A stretch of DNA of 64,000 bases, taken from the NCBI GenBank assembly GCA_964525535.1, contig CAZGHT010000016.1, positions 1,834 through 65,833 on the forward strand. The letters are read 5' to 3'. Shown here piece by piece: positions 36,458 to 44,457 of this stretch; the stretch's first letter is position 1, and every line of letters starts with the position of its first letter. A program made the position numbers and the translations under genes. The notes under the pieces were generated by a model, which saw only the letters and a program-made list of their open reading frames with translations, had not been told where the DNA came from and ran no database searches. Source of the DNA: an uncultured Rhodothermaceae bacterium. GTDB taxonomy: Bacteria > Bacteroidota > Rhodothermia > Rhodothermales > JAHQVL01.

Positions 36458-38089
36458 ATGGATGTACAATCTTTACCTGCACGAACGAGCTACGAAAGGA
36501 GGCTCGCATTTAGAAGAGAACGATCTCGCCGTATGCCCGTCGAACCGGTCGTTATACAGGCGAATAAGCCAGAACCCCCGGAGCCACGCAGGGTTGCGGC
36601 CGGTCTGGAGCCCAACACGGACCCCCTCACCGAGCAGCAAGCCTATCATCTATTGCGCCGGACCCAGTACGGGGCCGTCCCTGCTGTGGTTCAAGCGCTG
36701 GTTGGACGACCTGCCGACGAGGTGGTCGATGAACTCATAGCTACTGCGATGACGGTGCCCAACCCTCCCGATCCTGCCTGGATCGACGATGCACCGGGAC
36801 CGGGCGAAGATGACTACTTTGAACGGAGCGTCGAGTGGTTCTACTTAACGTCGGCCAGCATATTCAAACACATACTCCAGAATGGGTTCGGAGAGAAGAT
36901 GACCCTGTTCTGGCACAACCATTTTGTCACCGCCTTTTTCGATTCCCACGAAATTTCCCCCATCACCTATCGATACTTAAAACTGCTTCGCAAACACGCG
37001 TTCGGAAATTTCGAGACCTTCGTCAGGGAGATCGGCCTCGACATGTCGATGCTGATCTATCTGGACGGGCAACTCAACGAGGTAGGCGCTCCCAACGAAA
37101 ATTACGCCCGGGAATTGCTGGAGCTGTTCACGATGGGGATCCTGGGGCCATCGGGCGCGCCAAACTACACGGAGGCGGACATCGCAGAAGTAGCCCGCGC
37201 GCTCACCGGATACCGGGTGGATGAAGAAACGCTCTCCGTGCATTTTGACCAGGCCCTGCACGATGATGGGGTGAAGACATTCTTTGGCAGCACCGGAAAC
37301 TGGGGGTATGACGACGTAGTGGATATCATTTTCCAGGCCCGATCCAACGAAATCGCTCACTTCATAAGTTCGAAATTCTATAAAGAGTTCGTTTTCGAAG
37401 CCCCACAGGCAGACATCGTCGATGGGCTGGCGCAGGAATTCGTGCGTACGGGTTTCGATATCGCTTCAACCGTCGCCATGCTGTTGAAGAGCAGGCATTT
37501 CTTTGAGGAGGAGTTCATGGGCGCGCATATCAAGAGCCCAACGGAGCTTTATGCGGGCCTCATGCAAGATCTGGGCATCGTACGGGATAACGAAAGATTT
37601 CACATCGAGATGGTGTTCGCTTCGGAAGATTCGGGGCAGCAGTTGCTTCATCCCCCGAATGTAGCGGGCTGGCCGGGGTATCGAACGTGGCTGACGACCG
37701 CTTCCATCCCGATACGCTGGGCAGCGTCTCAGTTCCTCACGGGTGAGGAGGAATTCTACCGCAATACCGACCTGCAGAGATTCGTACGAGACGTCCACAA
37801 CTGGAATGACCCGCTGGCCGTTTTTCGTCTTCCCGTCGCCCTCGTACGTCATCTGATCGCGTTGCCGATAACCGCCTTGTCGATCGAACCGATCAGCGCT
37901 CCCTGGGCCGGCGGTCAGCCGATCCCCAGTGAGATCGAACAGGAGCCCGCCTACGTGCACGATCTGACCAAACGTATGTTGGGCGGCATCCCCTGGTATG
38001 AATGGGACCTCGGTACGGATGAAGCCAGGTATGCAATTCGCGACTTTCTGGTCTACATCTTCGAACTGCCCGAATTCCAGCTATCGTAA
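36458..38089 (+). CDS. DUF1800-family protein
   Basis: 543 aa. AYHLLRRTQYG, MTLFWHNHF, LLELFTMG, and HPPNVAGWPG are typical DUF1800 blocks. Confidence 0.8.
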   Translation: MDVQSLPARTSYERRLAFRRERSRRMPVEPVVIQANKPEPPEPRRVAAGLEPNTDPLTEQQAYHLLRRTQYGAVPAVVQALVGRPADEVVDELIATAMTVPNPPDPAWIDDAPGPGEDDYFERSVEWFYLTSASIFKHILQNGFGEKMTLFWHNHFVTAFFDSHEISPITYRYLKLLRKHAFGNFETFVREIGLDMSMLIYLDGQLNEVGAPNENYARELLELFTMGILGPSGAPNYTEADIAEVARALTGYRVDEETLSVHFDQALHDDGVKTFFGSTGNWGYDDVVDIIFQARSNEIAHFISSKFYKEFVFEAPQADIVDGLAQEFVRTGFDIASTVAMLLKSRHFFEEEFMGAHIKSPTELYAGLMQDLGIVRDNERFHIEMVFASEDSGQQLLHPPNVAGWPGYRTWLTTASIPIRWAASQFLTGEEEFYRNTDLQRFVRDVHNWNDPLAVFRLPVALVRHLIALPITALSIEPISAPWAGGQPIPSEIEQEPAYVHDLTKRMLGGIPWYEWDLGTDEARYAIRDFLVYIFELPEFQLS

Positions 38090-39784
38090 GTGCCAACGTC
38101 GCGAACACGAACTCCGAACACGAATTCCGAACACCGAACTACCATAACCATGTGTGATATCCATCAGTCTAAATCAGCATCCGTATCTAACATGCGCAGG
38201 GGCGCTCGTCTCGAAGACGGGCGGGCCCATGCGATCGATCACGAACAATGGACGCGCCGTGCTTTCGTCCGAACGTTAGGCCTTGGAGCAGCGGCGAGCT
38301 CTTTTCTCATGGGCAGTACGCCCGTGCAAACCCTGGGGCGCTCCGCCCTGCTGGCTCCCCTGATGAACGCGAACACGGATCGCGTACTGGTCCTCATTCA
38401 GCTCGATGGCGGAAACGACGGCCTGAATACGGTTATCCCCGTTACCCAGGACGTCTACTACACGCGCCGGCCCTCGCTCGCCATTCCCGCCGATCAAACG
38501 ATCATGCTGAGCGACGATGCCGGCTTGAATCGAAATCTTACGGGGTGGGACGCGTACTTCGGCAACGGAGAACTGGCGATCGTTCAGGGGGTCGGTTACC
38601 CGCAGCCCAACCAGTCCCATTTCAGGTCCACCGATATCTGGCTGGCCGGTTCGGATTCATCGGTGAATGACCGATCGGGGTGGACCGGGCGTTTCCTGGA
38701 GTTTGCCACGCCGGACTTCATCAGCGACCCGCCGGCACACCCGCTCGCTGTGCAGATGGGCGGGTCTTCTTTTATCTTCAGAGGACGGACCACGGACATG
38801 GGCATGAGTATCGACAGCCCGGAACGCTTCGACCGCCTCGCCGAGAGCGGCACGGCGTATTCGCTGGAGGGGCTGCCCCAGACGAGGGCAGGGGACGAGA
38901 TGCGCTTCGCCCGCACCGTCGTTAACAGTTCGTTCCGGTATGCATCCGTCATTCAGCAGGCCTCCGAGAACTCGTCGAACGCCGTCAATTATCCCGATAA
39001 CGAGCTGGCCGACAACCTCGCCAACGTGGCCCGGCTCATCAAAGGAGGGCTCGATACGCGTATCTATCTCGTGAGCCTCGGCGGATTCGATACCCACGCC
39101 AACCAGGCCGGCATGCACAGGAATCTGCTGATGAGCCTCGGGACTTCCGTGCAGGCGTTTCTAGATGACATGGCCGCCTCCGGGATGCGGGATCGGGTGC
39201 TTACCATGACGTTTTCGGAATTCGGACGGACCATCGGCGAAAACGGATCGCGTGGCACGGACCACAGCTCGACGGCGCCCCTCTTCCTGATCGGCTCCCA
39301 GGTAAACGGGGGCCTGTACGGGCAGATGCCGGATCTGACCCAGACCGACGGCAATGACGATCCCATCTTTAACGTCGACTTCAGAGCCGTCTACGCATCG
39401 GTCCTGCAGGGATGGTTCGGCCTTGATCCATCAGCCACACAATCGATCCTGGGCGCCAACTACGATGCTTTACCGCTCGTTCAGGGTGGAGGGGCTGTTT
39501 CCAGGGAGACCGAAACGATCGCCGATGGATTTGCCCTGGAGGGCAATTACCCCAATCCATTTACGGGGGCGACCACGATCCGATTTACGCTGCCTGGCGC
39601 TGTGCACGCAAAGCTGGACGTATTCGATGTCCAGGGAAGGCATATGCAATCTGTCATGGAGCGAACGCTCTCGGGGGGGCGGCACGAAATCCGTTTCGAC
39701 GCGAGCAACCTGCCGGGCGGGCGATATTTTTACCGGCTCCAGGCTGGCGAACGGGTTGAGACCCGGTCCATGATTGTATTGTAG
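38090..39784 (+). CDS. DUF1501-family protein (sulfatase/phosphatase-like fold) with twin-arginine signal and T9SS C-terminal sorting domain
   Basis: Tat motif TRRAFVRTLGLGAAASS (nt about 38252-38300). DUF1501 blocks QLDGGNDGLNTVIP, GGFDTHANQ and FSEFGRT. The C-terminal roughly 85 aa, NYPNPFTGATTIRFTL...LDVFDVQGRHM...LPGGRYFYRLQAG, match the T9SS type-A tail. The start is uncertain (GTG 38090, ATG 38150 or ATG 38192). Confidence 0.8.
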   Translation: MPTSRTRTPNTNSEHRTTITMCDIHQSKSASVSNMRRGARLEDGRAHAIDHEQWTRRAFVRTLGLGAAASSFLMGSTPVQTLGRSALLAPLMNANTDRVLVLIQLDGGNDGLNTVIPVTQDVYYTRRPSLAIPADQTIMLSDDAGLNRNLTGWDAYFGNGELAIVQGVGYPQPNQSHFRSTDIWLAGSDSSVNDRSGWTGRFLEFATPDFISDPPAHPLAVQMGGSSFIFRGRTTDMGMSIDSPERFDRLAESGTAYSLEGLPQTRAGDEMRFARTVVNSSFRYASVIQQASENSSNAVNYPDNELADNLANVARLIKGGLDTRIYLVSLGGFDTHANQAGMHRNLLMSLGTSVQAFLDDMAASGMRDRVLTMTFSEFGRTIGENGSRGTDHSSTAPLFLIGSQVNGGLYGQMPDLTQTDGNDDPIFNVDFRAVYASVLQGWFGLDPSATQSILGANYDALPLVQGGGAVSRETETIADGFALEGNYPNPFTGATTIRFTLPGAVHAKLDVFDVQGRHMQSVMERTLSGGRHEIRFDASNLPGGRYFYRLQAGERVETRSMIVL

Positions 39785-39834
39785 GGTCGCTAACGCCCCG
39801 CGATGATCTTCCGGGGTCCGATCGTAATCAGTTT

Positions 39835-39862
39835 CTGACAACGAATGTGGGTCCGTTGTCAG
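39835..39862 (+). terminator. Stem-loop downstream of the DUF1501 gene (9-bp stem, no U-tract)
   Basis: CTGACAACG-N10-CGTTGTCAG read directly. Terminator function is inferred. Confidence 0.3.
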
Positions 39863-39955
39863 GCTTGATCGACCGGACCCCGGATTCCTTTACTTGAGGA
39901 TAGCCGGGCCAGTGATTACATTGAGAAGGATCCTTGAACTGGCCTTCTTTATCCT

Positions 39956-41053
39956 ATGTGTTTTGTTCGAAAGTTACTGATCGCTTCCCTCGTGATCGCG
40001 CCGCTGGCGGGATGTTCCGATGCACCGGAACATCAGACCGTTTCGGACGGTGCAGTTGCAGAGGATGAACCATCTATCCAGGCGTCCGAGTTTATTTACG
40101 AGGACGCGTCGTTCCCTTCGGCGCACGCCTCCACGATTGTCGAAACTCCGGACGGAGTGGCGGCCGCCTGGTTCGGAGGTACGGATGAAGGAGAGCCGGA
40201 CGTAGGCATCTGGTTCTCTCGTCACGAGCAAGGCGCCTGGACGGCGCCGGTTGAGCTGGCCGATGGCGTCTCGGAGGGCACGGAGTATCCGTGCTGGAAT
40301 CCGGTCCTTTTTTACCCTGAGGGAGGCCCGCTCGTCCTGTTCTACAAAGTAGGGCCCAATCCCCGGGAGTGGTGGGGCATGGTACGCCTCTCCGAGGACT
40401 ATGGCCGGACGTGGTCGGAAGAGGCCCGATTGCCGGACGGCATCCTGGGGCCGGTGCGGGCGAAACCCGTCGTGTTGGAGGACGGATCGCTCCTGGCGGG
40501 GTCCAGTACCGAACACGACGGGTGGGTGGTCCACATGGAACGGTATACCGTCCCCGAAGAGGGCGAGGCGATGTGGAGCCTGGAGCGCCTCGCTTCTGCC
40601 GGCGCCTGGGAGCGCATCGGCCCGCTGAACGAGGCGGCGGACTTCGAGGCGATCCAGCCGACCCTCTTGATGCATTCCCCCTCGACGATCCAGATCATGT
40701 GCCGTTCCCGGCAGGACGTGATCACAGAGGCCTGGTCGGAAGACGGCGGACAATCGTGGGGCCCGATGACGGCGACGTCGCTTCCCAATCCGAGCGCCGG
40801 CATCGACGCCGTGAAACTCGATGACGCCTCTTTTGTGCTGATCTACAACCCGACGACCGACGGCCGCCGCCAGCTGGCCCTCGCAGCATCGGACGACGGC
40901 AGGGCGTGGGACCGGTTTCTCATGCTCGAAGACGCCCCGGGCGAATACTCCTACCCGGCGATCATTCAGGGCAGCGACGGCCTGTTGCACATCACCTATA
41001 CGTGGAAGAGAGAGCGCATCAAATACGTTACCGTCGATCCGGCGAATATCTAA
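39956..41053 (+). CDS. BNR/Asp-box repeat protein, exo-alpha-sialidase-like (lipoprotein)
   Basis: 365 aa with lipobox LAGC. Asp-box-like motifs SEDYGRTWS and SEDGGQSWG. N-terminal FPSAHASTIVETPDG is typical of this sialidase-like family. Confidence 0.7.
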   Translation: MCFVRKLLIASLVIAPLAGCSDAPEHQTVSDGAVAEDEPSIQASEFIYEDASFPSAHASTIVETPDGVAAAWFGGTDEGEPDVGIWFSRHEQGAWTAPVELADGVSEGTEYPCWNPVLFYPEGGPLVLFYKVGPNPREWWGMVRLSEDYGRTWSEEARLPDGILGPVRAKPVVLEDGSLLAGSSTEHDGWVVHMERYTVPEEGEAMWSLERLASAGAWERIGPLNEAADFEAIQPTLLMHSPSTIQIMCRSRQDVITEAWSEDGGQSWGPMTATSLPNPSAGIDAVKLDDASFVLIYNPTTDGRRQLALAASDDGRAWDRFLMLEDAPGEYSYPAIIQGSDGLLHITYTWKRERIKYVTVDPANI

Positions 41054-41055
41054 GT

Positions 41056-41153
41056 GATGATACGCGAACCGTGCACAGCAGACTGGGTTATGCGGCTTTG
41101 TATACCTGCAAAGCCGCTCTGGCAGGGCCTACGCGCATCCGGCGCGTAACATC
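41056..41153. repeat. 98-bp MITE-like intergenic element with imperfect terminal inverted repeats and an internal 9-bp-stem hairpin
   Basis: Left end GATGATACGCG (41056-41066) and right end CGCGTAACATC (41143-41153). The internal hairpin is GCGGCTTTG (41092-41100) / CAAAGCCGC (41109-41117). Half-copies lie at 12416-12457 and 49288-49340. Confidence 0.65.
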
Positions 41154-41245
41154 TGTTCGGAAATTGATTCCAGAAATGCGAGAACAATAATCACGAATAC
41201 AAATACTACATCCTGAATCTCGTTTTCTACCGTTCAGGTGTTATC

Positions 41246-42571
41246 GTGCGCACGCTGCTTGTTTTAATTCTGTGTCTCGCATTACATCCAGGTTCAACGG
41301 TTTCTCAACCAATGCAGCTCAGGGGAGATATCTACAACCCCACCATCGCAGAAGCTGCGCCGAACCTCATCGCGTTCGAAAGACAGACTCCCGAGGCAAG
41401 GGAATTATTCATCTACGACCATGCCTCTCGAGCCCTGTTTCAAGTTACGGCGCGTAGCACCCTGGAAGAGCGAACCCACACCTCAGGGCTCTTCGGAAAT
41501 GGAGCGAGCGGCGCCTTCTTTGAGGGGCGCCTCACCTGGAGACCCGAGCGAGACGACGACGGCCGCCTGTGGTTTGTCTTCGTGAGCAGCGCCGCAGCGG
41601 ACGGATTTGGACTGTATCTTGGCTATTTCGATCGAAAAAACCGCCTCTCTGAGGAGATTTTTCGGTTGCCGTTCGACGGGCACGCAGATATGCCGGATTG
41701 GTCCCCACAGGACGACCGGCTGATTTTTGCAGGGCGTCAGGCCGGCGCCCAGGGATATCAGGTTCAAATGGCTTATTTCATGAACGGGGTTTGCGAGGAA
41801 GCGGCAAACCGCAGTTCCGTATCCAACTTTCATTCGATTACCACAACGACAGAACCGGAAGGCATTTTGTATCCCGTTTGGTCTCCGGATGGAGATAAGG
41901 TGGCCTATCAAGCGAAACGCGGAAGAGACCATGGATTTTCGAACTGGGGCATTCACGTGCTGAATGCGCCCTATACCGGTGGGTTCTCAACGCACTACGT
42001 GACGGAAGAACTGGATAATTTCCAGGAGTACAAACCCTCCTGGGCGCCTGACGGAAACCGCATCGCATACTACATTTCGAATGCAAAGATCGGAGACGCT
42101 GAAGGAGGCTTTCAGCAAGATATCGGTGTATCTTTCGTTACGCTCGACGCACAGGGACACGTTGTTGGCAGTCATATTGCGGAAGGAAAAGACACGGGCA
42201 TGTTTCGGGATCGCATTCAGGTTGGTGTGCGCCAGGCCGAAATTGACGGACCGTTATGGGTGGTCGGCCGGGACGGTCGATCCGCCTTGTTGTATGTAAA
42301 AGTCGATCCGGGCAGAGATCCCCTGCAGCGGGCCAGCTGGAACGATTGGTCGAATGGGGCCAGCGGGTTTAATCCGTACGACGACCTTTCTGAAGGCTGG
42401 AACTCGATCCTGCACCGAGAGCCGGCCTTTTATCATTGCGAGAAGACCGGGGCCTCTCGTTACGTTTTTGTGTCCCAGGAAGATGGTCAGCTGCGCTTGC
42501 AAGTGAGAGACACCGGCGACCTTCGGCCTTGTGAAGTAGCTGAGCGAAAACGTCTATTGCCCTTTCGCTAA
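41246..42571 (+). CDS. TolB-like WD40/PD40 beta-propeller repeat protein, secreted
   Basis: 441 aa with a GTG start and a signal peptide. PD40-like repeats: PDWSPQDDRLIFAG, YPVWSPDGDKVAYQ, KPSWAPDGNRIAYY. Confidence 0.7.
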   Translation: MRTLLVLILCLALHPGSTVSQPMQLRGDIYNPTIAEAAPNLIAFERQTPEARELFIYDHASRALFQVTARSTLEERTHTSGLFGNGASGAFFEGRLTWRPERDDDGRLWFVFVSSAAADGFGLYLGYFDRKNRLSEEIFRLPFDGHADMPDWSPQDDRLIFAGRQAGAQGYQVQMAYFMNGVCEEAANRSSVSNFHSITTTTEPEGILYPVWSPDGDKVAYQAKRGRDHGFSNWGIHVLNAPYTGGFSTHYVTEELDNFQEYKPSWAPDGNRIAYYISNAKIGDAEGGFQQDIGVSFVTLDAQGHVVGSHIAEGKDTGMFRDRIQVGVRQAEIDGPLWVVGRDGRSALLYVKVDPGRDPLQRASWNDWSNGASGFNPYDDLSEGWNSILHREPAFYHCEKTGASRYVFVSQEDGQLRLQVRDTGDLRPCEVAERKRLLPFR

Positions 42572-42672
42572 GAAGCGGTGGTACGGGGGCCTTCGGCGTT
42601 TCGAGAAGTTGGATGCAGAAGGGCGTCCTCGACAGCTGCAAGCGCTGAATCGCACACCGATAACCGAGAAAC

Positions 42673-43221
42673 ATGAACCCACATATTGAGACGATCGTCA
42701 CGCTCTTTGAATCAAGAGGGAGCGAAAAATACGGCCAGGAAGACGTAACTCAGCTCCAGCATGCGCTGCAGTGCGCGACCCTCGCGGAGAGCGAACAGGC
42801 GGGCGCCGGCCTGATTGCAGCCGCTCTGCTGCACGATCTCGGGCACCTCATGAGCAACGAACACCTGCCCTCCGAAATCACGCTCAACCTGGACGACAGG
42901 CACGAGGAAAAAGCGCATGCCTGGTTTATTCGTGTTTTCGGCCCCGCCGTTGCCGATCCTATTCGACTGCATGTAGCAGCGAAACGGTATCTGTGTACGG
43001 TGGATGCAGCGTATCAGGAGAAGTTGTCGCCGACCTCGTTGAAGAGTTTTCTCGATCAGGGCGGCGCCATGCAAGAGGACGAGCGCCATGCATTCGAACG
43101 AGAGCTGTTTTACCGGGACGCGGTTCGGCTGCGGCGCTGGGACGATCAGGCGAAGGATCGCACGGCCAGAACCGAAAACATTGACCACTTCATCCCCTAC
43201 GTAGAACAATCGCTGCTCTGA
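42673..43221 (+). CDS. HD-domain protein, PhnZ-like (phosphonate-degradation HD oxygenase family)
   Basis: 182 aa. YGQEDVTQLQHALQCATLAE, AAALLHDLGH, HEEKAH and LHVAAKRYLC match the remembered PhnZ/TIGR 'Phn-HD' pattern. Confidence 0.6.
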   Translation: MNPHIETIVTLFESRGSEKYGQEDVTQLQHALQCATLAESEQAGAGLIAAALLHDLGHLMSNEHLPSEITLNLDDRHEEKAHAWFIRVFGPAVADPIRLHVAAKRYLCTVDAAYQEKLSPTSLKSFLDQGGAMQEDERHAFERELFYRDAVRLRRWDDQAKDRTARTENIDHFIPYVEQSLL

Positions 43222-43227
43222 GCGGCT

Positions 43228-44433
43228 TCACAGCTCCATCAGTTCCAATACGTGCCGGGCTGTCTCCTGGTTGACCCGCTCCATCTCGTCACGATGAGGG
43301 ATGGGCGGCCTATGAGCCAGGTCGTCGTGGAGTTGCAGCGTGGCTCCACCGGCCAGCCTGTCCGTATGAGCCTCGATCCAGGGGGCGGGGAGAGCGTGGG
43401 GCAGGGGCCAGCCGCAGAGCAGGTGAATGAGAATGGCCCAGTTGCGGATGGCGGATGAAGGATCGTATCCACCTCCCAGGGTAAACAGGACGCGGCCGGA
43501 AGCAAATCGGTCCGCATAGTCGATGAGGAGCGCAAAGAGGCGTTGGAACCCGTGTGTCGAGAGCATCAGGTGGCCCAGCGGATCGCGGTAATGCGCGTCG
43601 ACGCCGCAAGGAATGACGAGGACGTCTGGGGCGAATTGTTCGAGCGCTTGCGGGACGACCTGCTCGAACACGCGCAGGTAGCTGGCGTCGTCCGTGTGTT
43701 GTTCCAGGGGGATGTTGATGGTCGTACCCAGGCCATTACGTTCCCCGCGTTCACCCGGGAAGCCCGTGTTCGGAAAGAGGTAGCGCCCGGACTCGTGGAT
43801 GCTGATGGCGAGCACATCGGGATCGCGGTAGTGGATCCACTGGACGCCGTCCCCATGGTGAACGTCGATGTCGATACAGGCCGGGCGAAGGCGCCGGCTG
43901 CGTAAATACATCATCGCGATAGAGAGGTCGTTGTAGATGCAGAAGCCGGCGGCGCGGGCCGGCATGGCGTGATGAAACCCGCCGCCCAGCTGCAGGACCC
44001 GGGAGGCGCGCCGGTCGGCAATCAGGCGGGCGGCTTCGAGGGTACCGCCGACCTGGAGGCGGGCAGCCCCATCCATGCCGGGGAAGAGAGGCACATCGTC
44101 GGTGTCGAGCCCGAACCGGAGCGCTCCGGGCGCCCAGATGAGGTCGGACGCCGACGCCACGGCGTGGATGTATTCTGAGGTGTGCACGGTCAGCAGGTCG
44201 TCGTCGGTAGCCGGCGACGGTTCCAGGCTGGAAAGCGGAGTGCCGAGCGCTCGAAAGAGGTCCAACAACATTTCCCTCTTCTGAGGGTTGGCCGGATGGT
44301 TCGTTCCGAAGCTGTAGGTGCTGTAGGCGGGATGATAAATGACAGGCAGGCCCGAAGGACCATTGCCGGGTACCGGAGTGGGCCGAGCGGCGGCAACGGG
44401 ACCTTCCAGATCGTGATCGGCCGTTTCAGGCAT
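43228..44433 (-). CDS. Zn-dependent histone-deacetylase-family protein (AcuC/acetoin-utilisation-type deacetylase)
   Basis: 401 aa. GGFHHAMPARAAGFCIYND, DIDVHHGDGVQ, GGGY. Confidence 0.85.
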   Translation of the reverse strand: MPETADHDLEGPVAAARPTPVPGNGPSGLPVIYHPAYSTYSFGTNHPANPQKREMLLDLFRALGTPLSSLEPSPATDDDLLTVHTSEYIHAVASASDLIWAPGALRFGLDTDDVPLFPGMDGAARLQVGGTLEAARLIADRRASRVLQLGGGFHHAMPARAAGFCIYNDLSIAMMYLRSRRLRPACIDIDVHHGDGVQWIHYRDPDVLAISIHESGRYLFPNTGFPGERGERNGLGTTINIPLEQHTDDASYLRVFEQVVPQALEQFAPDVLVIPCGVDAHYRDPLGHLMLSTHGFQRLFALLIDYADRFASGRVLFTLGGGYDPSSAIRNWAILIHLLCGWPLPHALPAPWIEAHTDRLAGGATLQLHDDLAHRPPIPHRDEMERVNQETARHVLELMEL

Positions 44434-44457
44434 ACCTGTGTCGATTAAAATTCCTGG

